The notes under the pieces: generated by a model
The model's input: the letters and a program-made list of their open reading frames with translations, nothing else
What the model was told of the DNA's origin: nothing
Databases searched by the model: none
Part shown: positions 35,527 to 47,209 of the stretch, in pieces
How the letters are laid out: the number at the start of each line of letters is the position of its first letter
Numbering within the stretch: the first letter of the stretch is position 1
Made by a program: the position numbers and the translations under genes
Origin: Naegleria gruberi
Taxonomy: Eukaryota
Direction: 5' to 3' (one strand)
Assembly (NCBI GenBank): GCA_000004985.1
Contig: GG738849.1
Length of the DNA: 64,000 bases

Positions 35527-36532
35527 TTCAAACCATGACTTTGGTGATGTTGGTGTTGATATTGTACTACCATTGAGTTTGGGAGAAGAAAGACCAACCT
35601 CAACTCTTTCCTTCAATTGTTTTTTCTATTAACATGATTATTAAATAACGGAACATTGGTAGATGAAATTATCAATTATTATTTTGTTTCATCAAATCGA
35701 ACCATAAAGGTCATGGATGGAATATCAATATCCACAAGAAGAAGCAGAATATAATATTCAATATCATACAAGAGTTTCAAATCAGCAAACTACTCCTACA
35801 ATACCGAAGGTGTAGTCATTTGCTTATTTTATTTGTATGTGTAATGATGATAGTGAAAATGAAGATAAAAAAAGGTGACTCGGTTTCAAACTCCTATTCA
35901 GTGTTGTTCCTAGCCAAAAAGTTCTGTTGCTGTTGTTGATGATATGAAGAAGAAGCAAAATTTGAAGAAGAAAACTCTCTATGTCTTGACTCGTTCTTTT
36001 TCTTTTTTATCGGATGAAAAAAGAAAACTACAAGAGTTTAATGATCAGCAATAAGAAAAACTTTGATTATTTTGTGTATTTTACTAAATTATAATCGAGA
36101 TTGTTGTAATCATCACCATTTTGTGTGGAAAAAGAGATATAATCCATTGTTATTGTAGTGAAGGGAATAATGACGAGAAAGTATATTGAGGGTAAATCAT
36201 GCTGAATAACATTACTCAACAACCAACTCACTCTACTATAACATTAAGACAGTCAGCTAAAACGATATACAGTGTAATGTGAGCACTTTACTGTAATAAG
36301 CTAGATACAGGAGCGAAAATGTCCATGACTATTTTAATCATGTCCTTGTTGAATCTTTTGTGGTGTAAAAAATAAACTTGGCCATGGTGTGTTGTAGGTG
36401 GTGACACAACCGTATTGAAATTTTGAAGATTACATTCTATTCCTATTAGCTTTTATTCGAAATGATCTTTCAATAATTTGAATTTTCAAATAAAATCCAA
36501 AATTCAATTAAAAAATCAAAAAATCAAAAAAA

Positions 36533-38383
36533 ATGCAAAGAATCACAGAAAGAACTAACTTTATCACCCGAGACATTGATGTAGTCGGAGATGTTGATGG
36601 TATGGTTCGTTTACTCCGAACAAGTGATGCACAAATGTTTTGTGGATATGAAGATTTTCCATCATGTTTTGATGAGGATTGTTTGGGTGCTTTGGAAAAA
36701 ATTTCCCTCCGAATGAAACTCTGTATGCAAGATAGATTAAATGGAGTGAGAGGAAGTGTTGTTATGAGTGGTTGTGGAACAAGTGGTAGAATTGCCTATT
36801 TTTGTTCAAAGAATTATAATTATTGTTTTAGAAAAGTATTTTCTGATAGGATTGATAATGATGAATGCTTTCAATTTATTATTGCTGGTGGAGTGAATGC
36901 TCTTGTTTCACCACAGGAAGCTGCTGAGGATAAACCAGATATTGGAGCAAGAGATTTGGTAAATGTCATTTCGAATACTAAAACTGAGAGAGGATTATTT
37001 ATTGGTATTACTTGTGGATTTTCTGCTGGTTATGTAGCTGGTCAAGTGATGCAATTGAGTGAGGATAAGAGTCTTGGTTTTGATTCTGTTTTATTTGGGT
37101 TTAATCCAAAGGAGTTGGCTAGGGATAGTCCAATTGAAGGATGGAGGGATGGAAATATTTCTTTCAAGGACGTAATTGAAAATGTGGAAAAGAACCAATC
37201 GAGAGAGGATGAATTTTTCTTTTTGAATCCAATTGTTGGACCAGAATCTATCACGGGTTCTACAAGAATGAAGGGTGGAAGTGCAACCAAATTTCTGCTT
37301 GATGTTGCCTTCTCTTCAGCCATTATGAGTATTCTGGATGAAAAGAAGAAGATTAGAGACAATATCATTCAAGTACTCTCTGGTTTTGAGCATACTGTGA
37401 GAAGTACATATGATTTTTCTAGTAATACCTTTTCAACAAATAGTCTCAAATCCATTACTCCAACCATTGAAATGGCAGCAAATAGTTTAAAGAATGGTAA
37501 CCTAGATGAAAGAAACGAGGATCAAATGGGCCATATTTATTACATTGGTGCTGAAAATGCTGGAATTTTGGGATTTATTGATTCTTCAGAGTGTGTACCA
37601 ACTTATGGTGCTCATCCTAATGATGTTAGAGGATTTATCAAAAAGGGATGGAACGATGTCTTTACCCATCACAATCAAGATATCAATAGTGATTTTGAAC
37701 AAAAGGGATCAAGTTTTGGCATTTCCTATGATTTCTTCAAACAAAATATTTTACATACAGTCAATTCTAGGGATTCGGTCTTCTTTTTGGCAATTGAACA
37801 ATGTATAGATGAAGAAACTCTTGCTGACATGAAGGAAATCCTAAATACGGTCAAGGAAAGAGGGGCCTCTGTCTGCTGGATTCTTGTAACCACAAAAGGT
37901 AATAATTCATTGTACCAGACCGTATCTGAATTGGGATCCCCAATATTGCACCATGCGCTTGACTCGCTTGGTCCAGTACCTTTCTTATATGGTTATGCAG
38001 AGCTTAGTATGAAACTTTTTTTGAATGCCATTACAACTGGTGCTCACGTATTGAAGGGTATGACATTTGGAAATAGAATGATCAATCTCAAAGTTAGTAA
38101 TAACAAACTATTTTATAGGGCTATTAATATTGTCAGTTCGATAATGAATGTAACTGAAGAGCTTGCAGAGAAATGTGTATTGAGAGCCATCTACAATGAT
38201 TCAACTCCAGAAAGTAACCTCGTCTCACTTCACATTAGTCATGCTATCAAGATGAATAAGGTAGTTCCTGTTGCCCTCTTGCTTGCTTCTTCAGGTGGTA
38301 CCTTGACTGTGGAACAAGCTAGAGAAATGTTAGCCAAAGACCCGGTGGTTAGGCAAGTAATTCTAAAGGAAAAGAAGAATTAA
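36533..38383 (+). CDS. Glucokinase regulatory protein (GCKR) homolog; double SIS-domain, MurQ-related protein.
   Basis: 'VVMSGCGTSGRIAYF', 'FNPKELARDSPIEGW', 'LNPIVGPESITGSTRMKGGSATKFLLD', 'GAHPNDVRGF' and 'TTGAHVLKGMTFGNRMINLKVSNNKLFYRAI' match human GCKR ('LSGGGTSGRMAFL', 'FNPVSMARNDPIEDW', 'LNPAIGPEGLSGSSRMKGGSATKILLE', 'GADFRDVRGF', 'STGAHVLLGKI...LRISNSKLFWRAL'). The length (616 aa) is the same as GCKR. Confidence 0.8.
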   Translation: MQRITERTNFITRDIDVVGDVDGMVRLLRTSDAQMFCGYEDFPSCFDEDCLGALEKISLRMKLCMQDRLNGVRGSVVMSGCGTSGRIAYFCSKNYNYCFRKVFSDRIDNDECFQFIIAGGVNALVSPQEAAEDKPDIGARDLVNVISNTKTERGLFIGITCGFSAGYVAGQVMQLSEDKSLGFDSVLFGFNPKELARDSPIEGWRDGNISFKDVIENVEKNQSREDEFFFLNPIVGPESITGSTRMKGGSATKFLLDVAFSSAIMSILDEKKKIRDNIIQVLSGFEHTVRSTYDFSSNTFSTNSLKSITPTIEMAANSLKNGNLDERNEDQMGHIYYIGAENAGILGFIDSSECVPTYGAHPNDVRGFIKKGWNDVFTHHNQDINSDFEQKGSSFGISYDFFKQNILHTVNSRDSVFFLAIEQCIDEETLADMKEILNTVKERGASVCWILVTTKGNNSLYQTVSELGSPILHHALDSLGPVPFLYGYAELSMKLFLNAITTGAHVLKGMTFGNRMINLKVSNNKLFYRAINIVSSIMNVTEELAEKCVLRAIYNDSTPESNLVSLHISHAIKMNKVVPVALLLASSGGTLTVEQAREMLAKDPVVRQVILKEKKN

Positions 38384-41300
38384 TTGTCATCTGCAAGTGA
38401 AGTAGTAGAAATTAAAGAAACATCACTATCATCTTCTTGATCTACATTTTGGAAAATCTCTGAAATACTCATTTGTTGTCTCTTGTATTTTTCTCCAAGT
38501 GTATGTAGAGATCTTTCAAAATCAAGTCTCAATTTCTGCTCAACTTCAGAGAACTTATCGAGTGCTTCCTCTTCCAAGGTTGCTAATTTGGAGAAAGCTA
38601 CCTTTTGGTTATTGAGTTGTAGATCTTTGAGGAGGGTCAACTCTCCTTTCAACTTAACAATCTTGCCACGTACTTCAGGTAGTAATGAAGTCAAAGATTG
38701 AATATTGCGCTTCAATTGAAGATTTTCTTTCTCAATCTTTTCAATAAGTGATTTGTCGCTACTATTTCTATCAGTTTTTATCTTGACTTGACTTCTCAAA
38801 TCTTCAATCATGAGTTCATAGTAGTGGGCCTTGCTTTGAGTTTCATCTAGTTCTCTTCTTAAGCTTTGGTTTGAAGTATTTAACTCTGACACTCTTGACA
38901 TGGTATAATCTGAAGGAAGAGAGGAAGCATTCAATTTTCTCAACTCTTGTTCTCCTTGTTCGTAATCTTTGAGCATTTCATCCCTCTCTTTTTGGAGCAT
39001 ATTCAAGTTCTTTGTCAATATGATCATTTCCTTTTCTTGTTGTTTCAAATTTTCTTTCAAGGATTTAATCTCCTCATTACGTTGTTCAACTTGTTGTCTG
39101 AGCTTATCATTTTCTGCTTCCTTTTCTCCCAAAAAGTTATTGTTTTGTTTTGATAGTCTGTGGAGTTTGAGTTTCAAGTCTTCAATTTCTTGATTTCTCT
39201 CTGATAACAACTCCTCCAATTCGGATACATGGGTTGTTTTGTCCTTCTCATATCTTGATCTAAGCTCATTAACTTGTAAGGAGTGTAAGTCTCGTAAATC
39301 GGCTATCTTGGATTCTGCTGTTGATTCAACTTCTTTCAAGTTTTTAGCAAAATCTCCCTTCAAAGTCTCCATTTCTTTTAACAGCTTGTCACACCTGCCC
39401 TTCAATGATTCGTTCAAAACCTCAAGAGATTCAATTTGTTTTTTCAAATTTTCAATATTTTGAATATAGGAGATGTTCTTCTCCTTGGATGTCTCAATTT
39501 CTTGAGTGAGTGATTCATTCTTCTTCTTCAAAGAATCACAACTAATGTTGAGAGAATCTTTGATTTGTTGGAGATTTCCATTCTGTTCCTTGAGTGATTG
39601 ATTAAGTTTCTCTATAGAATCAATAGTACGAGTTTGATGTTCAATATCTTTCTTGAGCGAATCATTGGTTTGTTTGAGAGTTTCATTTGATTGGGTTGCA
39701 AAGTCAAGATTCGTTTTCAATTCGCCATTGTTTTTCTTCAAATTTTCAATATTCTCCTTCAGGTCTTCAATACTATTCTTTAGCGATTCATTTGTTTGTT
39801 TGAGGGTTTCTCCCATATGTCTTTGCTTTTCTCCTTCCAATTTAGCAATCTCTTTAGTGTGCTCTCTGACTTCTTCCAATTCTTTTTGAACCAGTCTTGT
39901 TTCAGCCTCCTTCTTTTCAATTTGTCTCTTGGATTCCAACTGAGAAAGTTTCAACTCATCAATAAATTGATCCTTTTCGAACATAATCTTCTTTTGCTCC
40001 TTAATTGTTGCCTTGTATGTTGAGATGTCCAGTTCTTGTTCTTCAACTTGTCTTTGGAGTTCTGAAATAATTTTCTGCTTGTCATTAATGGCTTTTTCAA
40101 CATCCCTAACCCGTGATTCTGTATCAGTTGAAGTATTTTTGATCATTTCCAATTCTCTCTCCACAGCTCTCTTTGATCTTTCTAGAGTTGAGAGGTTTTC
40201 CATACATCTTTCAATTTCTTCCTCCTTCTCCTTCAATCTTTCTTGCCATTCTGTAAGTTGTAAGGAGAATGTTGAAGTATCTTTTTCTTTCTTTCCCTTT
40301 ACATTCTCTAACACAAGTTCTAATTCTTCAATTCTTGAAATAGTGTTATGGTTTTCAGATGTCAACCTTTCTATTTGAGATTTAAGTTGAGTAATTAATG
40401 AGGATTTGGATTCATCTTCTTCCTTCAATTCCTCAATTTCTCTGAGCAATTTAGTGCATTTAATTCCTAAATCTCTATGCTCTTTTGACAATTCCTCGTA
40501 TTCTTGTTGTTTTTCTTCAACTTCTTTCTTAAATTGTTTAAGCTTGTCATTTCTGTCTCTATTTTCTTGCTCCAAGCTCTCAACATTATTTCCCTTTGAT
40601 TCAATTATTTCCTTATACTTTTCAATAACAGATTGCTTTTCTTGGATCACTTTGGATAAACTTTCAGACTCTTGTTGAGCCTTTCTTACAGATTCTTTAA
40701 AATTTTCTTTGATTTCTTCCACTTCAGCAGCAAGAATTTCCTTCTCTTTTTGATACAATTTTTGGCTAGAAGAAGTTTCCAACTTGACCTTGTGGAGTTG
40801 TAACAGTTCTTGAGAGAGCAAGTCATTATTGGCCTGTGTTGTCTTTACCTTTTCTCTCAAGTTTGAATTCAACTTGGCTAATTCATCGCACATATCAACT
40901 ATTGCTTTAAATTTCAAAGATTGTGAGCTTGGTGATAATGTTCCAATCTTTTGCTTGAATAAAGAACTCTTTTCCAAATAGGTGCTATCGTGAATTGATA
41001 ACTCTATTTCGTGTAGGACTTTCTTGCTCAAATCAAGCTCCTTGGTCAGGGATTGGTTCATATTAATAGTGTTTCCTAGATTTTCCTCTAATTTTCTCTC
41101 TCTTTCTATCGATTCCTTTAACAATTGCTTCAACTTCTCCACGTCAGCACTTTTGATTCTGAAAAGAGCAGCCTCTTCCTTAGATTCCATAATCTCTTTT
41201 TCCCTTGCATCGTGAGTTTCTTTCAATCGCTGAATTTGAGCTCCCAGTTGTGTAATATGATTCTTAAGATCATCAATTTCTTTTTGATATTCTCCAGACA

Positions 41301-42265
41301 TTTTTTTTCTAATTCTACTTCTTTCCTTTTCAATAATTTTCTCAATCATCTTTTGAGTAATTTCGGTATCTTCTTCCTGATTCTTGGTCATTTGCTCAAT
41401 TGCTTTTTGAAGTCTTACTATATCCTCTTCTGCCGAAAAGAGTGTCTTTGATACTCTATCCTTTTCTTTTGATACATTCTCTAGTTCAGATTCTTTTTGT
41501 TCCAGCTCTCTCTTTGCAAAATCTCTTTCGCTTTCTAGAATTTTACTTTTTCTTTCGGCATCGATCTTGTCTGTAATATGTTTTTCTATTTGTGAATTCT
41601 TATCTGAAACTATTTTATCGAGTTTGGATTCTAAGTAATTCAAAGTTTCTAAAAAGTTCTTTTGATCAGTCGCAGAGTTTCCATAAGAGCCTTGTTTTAA
41701 AACAGTCAAATATCTTTTGATTGTATACAAGGTATAGTCTTCGGAAACCAAAGGTTCTTCTGATATGAAAGTTAGAATTCTACTCTAATGAAATAATATA
41801 TTACTTACCCTCCTTTGGTGATAACAGCAAAGGCGATTGATGACTTGCAATGCTCCTTGAAGCAGTACTTTGGAGATCTTTCAATTCGCGAGTTAGACCC
41901 TCAATTTCCTTCTTTTGTTGTTTGATTTTCTTTTTGAGTTTGTCTTCATCCTTAGAATTCGAACCACTACTACCACTGGATTTTGTTGAACTCTCCAATG
42001 AAGAGGTTAATGTATTTAATTTTGATTTTAATTTTGAAAGTCGTTCGCTATTATAATTGCTGTATTTAGAGTCTATAAAAGAAACAACTTTTGATGCAGG
42101 ATTGTGTTCCATTACCTTAACATCCTCAATTACACCTTGGTCCGTTACTCTAACACTTGTTGAGGCCACCTTCTTTCCACCATGATAAAAGTGATGGTGT
42201 TCGTGGGTGACTTGGTGAGGGTTTTCGCCCATTTTTTTATTTTTATTTAAAATTTTAAGCGGCAT
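38380..42265 (-). CDS. Giant coiled-coil protein (about 1290 aa, E/K/L/Q-rich, myosin-tail/interaptin-like). Two exons joined by a 49-nt intron (41760..41808).
   Basis: Continuous heptad-type sequence over the 1123-aa ORF 38380..41751. The upstream ORF 41801..42265 ('...KKIKQQKKEIEGLTRELKDLQ...SPKE') joins in frame via GTAAGT...CATATCAG ('SPKE|EEPLVSEDYTLYT'). ATGs lie at 42265 and 42232. Confidence 0.6.
39450..39880 (-). repeat. Imperfect internal tandem repeats (about 125-130 nt) within the coiled-coil gene, encoding '...NESLK..N..L...IE.LK' units.
   Basis: Recurrent 'gattcattggtttgtttgagagtttc' / 'gattcatttgtttgtttgagggtttc' / 'tgattcattcttcttcttcaa' blocks on the forward strand; the protein shows 'LKQTNDSLKKDIE', 'LKQTNESLKNSIEDLKENIENLKK', 'NQSLKEQNGNLQQIKDSLN'. 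Confidence 0.5.
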
Positions 42266-42377
42266 TTGTAAATTTTTGGAGGGAATTTAAATTGAATACA
42301 AATGGCGGGAGTTCAAAATTTTATTATCAAACCATCGTTCGCTTCCAACAATAATATTCTCATATTTTCTATTGTAA

Positions 42378-44877
42378 CTACAAGTAATATTGTTTCTTGT
42401 TGAGATTTTTGTGAGGACTTTTAGAAATGTTCGATTGACCATGTAAAAATGCTACCTTGTGAGCTAATATACAAGGTACAGGAACACTCGAAATTCCCAA
42501 ACGATTATAATACAAGTGACACAATTGGTACGATATATTCTGATAGAATACCTTATTAAATCCACTCCCATTTTCCAAAACCTTATACCTTGTTGGAGTT
42601 GCTGTTCCCTGAAACGAATCAACATGATGAGATTGAAGAAAGAATGACATTTCGTTTGGATCTGATGTCAGAATATCACCATCTAGAACTGTTCCTGGTT
42701 TCAAATTACCAAAATTGTTTCCATTTAGCCCAGCATATATTCTATTATTGATTCGTTTAAGTACAAGAATGAAATTGAGTGGAATAGAGTTGTATTCTTT
42801 GCAAACTTGTTGGATGGCTAATATCTCCTGATTGTAAATGTGATCTTCTTGCCCTGAACCTACACCATCTCTATAGAAAATAATATGTGTTGGAGAAGTT
42901 TTGTTCTCATTCATGAAATTCTCAATTGCATTCCTCATTAGATTTTTGATATTTTCAACCAACTCAACTCCTGGCTTCTGGACTTGGATTTGAGAATAGT
43001 ATGCGCATACCTTTGAATCGTAGGATGATACGAAACCAACGAGAGAGGATTTACTTCGATGGTAAACTTCACCTGAATGATTAACATCCATTCCGACAAT
43101 CATGGTATGTGGTTTCATTGGAATTGATGTCATCCAAGGAATTCCTCCAAGTTTAGCATTCATTTCAATTGTGATATTCTTCAAAATAGATGATTTTTTT
43201 TCAGAGATAGCAATGTTCCTCTCAGTAATGCATTGGCTAGGAATTCCCATATCTACAATGGTTTTTTCTTTCAAGGTATGGTATTCGGTACTTGTTTTGT
43301 TTTTAGTTATCATGAGAATGAATGAGATTGGGTAAGAATTTCTAATAGTATCAGTGAGATCTTTTTTTGAAACATGAGGAACATATTGTTGAAAGACATA
43401 GTTCATATTGGATGTTTCTAAATTCATTTGAGAACAAAACTGTTGCAACTTGTTGCAAAAGTCAACCAAATCTTTTGATTTTGTACCTTGATGAAGAACC
43501 AATACGCGTTCAAGAGATTTGCATTCGAACATGTTACTATTATTTTCAATTTTGAACATTCCTCTTTCTTTTTCAATTTTAACTTTTCCTCCAATTTTAA
43601 TGGAACAATCTTCAAGTGATTCCGTTTGCACTTGAATCATTTTTGGGACAATAGATATACCCTACTTATCCAGCTCTAATTTGAACTCTGAATGTTCCAA
43701 ACATTCGCGTTGATTGTTTAAAGTTTCTCTAATTCTGTCATTTGGTGGTTTTTTAGTGACAGAGGCAATTTTCTGCATTGTGGTAAAATTACTTCTCATA
43801 TCCTGACTTATTCCTGTCAATAGACACAACGAAGGAATATAGTATTCAACCTTTCCATTCCTCTTGTTAATATGTTTAAGTAAGGGTTGTTTCAAATCAA
43901 CGTCTTCACCATATTGTGTATTGTAATATTCTGCGAATGTAATTTCCTTTCCTTGAAAATTGAATGTTGACACAGGACTCATATCAAATTCAACACTTTC
44001 AATATAAATAGTTTTCTTTCTGTAAGTCAAGTAAACAATAGAATTTCCAAATTCTCTCTTGATTTTCGTTTGGGCAGAACGTTCTCCAAACTGTTCAATA
44101 ATCTTTTTCATTTGGCTTAAAACAGTATCTGTTCTCATAGTTTTATAAATTGGCTCAACTAGGAGAGCAAGGCCTTTAGAGGTGGTACAGGTTGAGCTTA
44201 GAGTTCCTCCCAATATTTGAAGCCCACAATCATGAATAGTTGTTTTGGTCTCTTCATTGTAAAAGTTTCTTCCAATTCTTGTTAGATTCAACTTGGCTTG
44301 AGCGTTCTTAAGGACAGAGTTGACGAATTGTACAAAGTCCTTTCCAGAATTTGAAACAGTAATGGTTGTTGCCAGCGTGATTGAAACAGTGTACACAATA
44401 TTTCCAATAGAACACGTCTTTTCTAAGTGTTTCTTTTGAGGTGGAAGAATTGAGTTGAGAGAGTATAAAATTGACCCACTCTGTAAGAAGTCAATTAGAA
44501 AGTCACTTAAAGCCTGCTTTACAATCCTATTAGCAAGGTATTTGTTTTCAATTTGCGGACTAATGTTAACATGGTACTGATAAATTGAAGTGTGCTTTCA
44601 ATTCAATTGGGAACATGTTGATTACATCCTTTCCCTTTCCCAAATTAAAATAATCAACAACTGGAATTTGGGACAAGGGTTGGCTAGGTGAATTTGAGGA
44701 GAATTGATTTGTTTTCTTATGATGTTGGTTGTGTGGCTTCTTGTCAGAGTTATAGGCTTTGTACTTGGTTCCTTGTGATAACATTTTTTCTTGTTGTGTT
44801 TTCTTCCATTTTGCAATTCCCAACCCAAAAATAACAATGTTGGGAAGTCTGGAAGATATGTTGAGTTGGGAAAGCAA
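42378..44877 (-). CDS. Piwi-like Argonaute protein (PAZ plus PIWI domains). The PAZ-containing exon (43665..~44571) and the PIWI-containing ORF (42378..43640) are in the same frame, separated by one in-frame TAG (43662..43664) plus 21 nt. An upstream exon lies at about 44621..44877 with an intron at about 44572..44620.
   Basis: PAZ-like 'FNFQGKEITFAEYYNTQYGEDVDLKQPLLKHINKRNGKVEYYIPSLCLLTG'. PIWI motifs 'IIFYRDGVGSGQ', 'GTATPTRYKVL', 'LCHLYYNRLGISSVPVPCILAHKVAFL'. 'MIVGMDVNH' is the first catalytic Asp. Frame arithmetic: (44396-42378+1) is divisible by 3. The GTAATC...TTTATCAG intron joins 'NLGKGKD|YHVNISPQ'. Confidence 0.7.
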
Positions 44878-44922
44878 ACAGGTCCTTATTTAATTGTTCA
44901 ACTTACTTTGAAAGATAATAAT

Positions 44923-46756
44923 TTATTTGAAAACTTGTGATATCACACCAAGTCCCTTTGTTGTTCCTTCACGGAAGATTAATCGTTCACCAACTCTGAG
45001 ATATTCAGGTCTGAACAGGAATCTAAATTTGACTTTAGCCTTTTCACCTGTTCTTAGAGATTCATTATCGTTAATCTTTACAAGTTTAGCAGATTGTCTA
45101 ATACAATTACAATGTATAACTGGTTGATAATTTTCCTTAATAGTGGTACTATGATACAATACGAGAATATCAGCTTCAAATTCCCAAACAGCTTTTGGTT
45201 CTTCTTCGTCTACAATAACCATTCCCTTTCTAATTCCGGAACGTCTTTCTTTTTTCAATGCAAAACTTGCTTGTTGACCAGCATGAACTCTTTTCACGTT
45301 GACTCTCTTACAATGAATACTCTTAATTACGACACTTCTGAAATGTCCGTTGCTATCTGGTCCTAGCATTAGTTTGTCATTTACAGAAATACTTCCACTT
45401 TGTACAATACCAGAAACAACTGTACCAACACCACTGACAAAGAAGGTTTGATCAATGACATATTGTGCTGGTTTGTCAATTAATGATTCCCAATCTTTTC
45501 TAATTGGTAACAGATTGAGGAACTTATGCAAGAGTTGCAGATTTTCACCAGTTACTGAACTCATCAAGAACATTGGACAAATTCTGTCACTTGCTAAATT
45601 TTTGGCACAAGTCAGAACATCGTCATCATTCTTGACATGATATGGTAACTTTCTAACTCCAGGAAGTTTAAGAATTTTGTGAATGGTTTCAATAGTTTGT
45701 TTGAGAATATTTTCTGGACAAATGTCAACCTTAGTAATGCAGAAAAACATTGGAATCTTGAGAGCCAGACACAATCCGATATGTTCCTTGGTCATCTATA
45801 GTCATTGTTAGCATTCAAAAATAATTTTAAAAACTTACCTTTGTGACACCCATGTTACTACCAACACATAGGAGAGCATAATCTGGTCCTGTTGTCATAC
45901 CAAAAACGGTTGTTTTCAAGTACTTTTCGTGTCCAGCAAGGTCAATAAATGTACAAACTTTTGATGACTTATCAATAATATCTTTCCATGAAGGAGACTG
46001 TAAGTTTGAGTAATTTACAGTGTCACCTTTAGAATCAAATCCCATAATTTGATGACTGATACTAGAAGTTCTTCCTGTTGTCAATTCGTGCTTGTGGACA
46101 AAAACATTAGAACGAGCTAATCCTCTACCATTGTCAAGTTGTCCATGTGTCAGCACACCAATAAGTGTTGATTTTCCAGAGTCAACATTACCACAAACTG
46201 CAATATTTACATTCAAATATTCTTCTTCTCCGAATCTTCTTACAAGCACTTCAGCAACCCATCTCTTTTCTTCTGGATTGGTTATAGTAGCAGCTTGCTT
46301 CTTATTCTTTTTACCTTCGGAGGATACTTGCTTTTCACAAATAACTGAAACAGTGGCTTGTAACTCGATGGCCATCTTTTCAATATTTCCTAGTGTTTCT
46401 CTGTATTCTTCCTCAACTAATCCCAATGGATAGCCATCATCGTTGATTCCTATTTCATAGATGGCTTCACCTTGTCCTTCAGATAAACGATAGGACATTT
46501 GGGTAACAAGATGTTTAAATCTATCTTCTGACAATCCTACTAACTTCCATTTGTATTCTACATTTCCATCATCACTTTCCTTGGATAATATTTCATTAGA
46601 TGCCAAAAGTGATTTTTCTTCAATTAATTCCTTATCTTGCTCTAAATTGATAACTTGTTTATGTTCTGTACCAGAAGAAGAAGAAGCTTTTGTAGTAGTA
46701 GTGGCACCATTAACACTCTCTGTTGTTGATGGTATGGGATCTTTAGTCTCTGACAT
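44923..46756 (-). CDS. GTP-binding protein 1 (GTPBP1/AGP-1 family translational GTPase). Two exons with a 43-nt intron (45796..45838).
   Basis: 'EGQGEAIYEIGINDDGYPLGL', G1 'AVCGNVDSGKSTLIGVL', G3 'IDLAGHEKY', 'SNMGVTK|MTKEHIGLCLALKIPMFFCITKVDICP' across a GTAAGT...CTATAG intron, and a beta-barrel domain 2 'VSGVGTVVSGIVQSG'. Confidence 0.8.
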
Positions 46757-47209
46757 TTTTCTTTAATATATATTGTGTGATGATGAATAATACAATGTAT
46801 TATTATTTTACTTAATCAAAGTGGTGGTGGGAACTGGTGAGTTAAAAATAAAATTAAACTTGAAGTTTTCTTTGGGTGTGATTTGGAAAAATTTGTATGA
46901 AACCTTTTCGCTGCTACTCAAAAATCGCTAAATGGTCTGTTGCGAATAACAAGTTTGAAAAGTTTTTTTTAAAGTTTTATTTTGGTGGTGCATTTTGAAA
47001 ATGCTTTCATCACATTAAATTGAAGCAAAAGAAGAACATGCTGAGAGAGGTGCACGATTGAAATGGCACAGATGAGTGATACCCATGTGTAGTCATAGGC
47101 TGATGGTGGAGGTGGATTACATTTGCTTGTTGCACTACCCATGCAATTTTCTTGTCGTATTATAATTGTGATGATTGGTGATGGGTTGACTGAGTAATAG
47201 GGCGTTATA

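Noticed and set aside
38483-41451. A dozen short plus-strand ORFs (S/F/L-rich) antisense to the coiled-coil gene
   Set aside because: The E/K/L-rich coiled-coil coding strand yields S/F/L-rich stop-free frames on the opposite strand, a composition artefact.
41801-42265. Treating 41801..42265 (-) as an independent small gene
   Set aside because: It joins in frame to the downstream 1123-aa coiled-coil ORF through a canonical GTAAGT...CAG intron, and the large ORF otherwise lacks an ATG for about 120 codons, so a single gene is more parsimonious.
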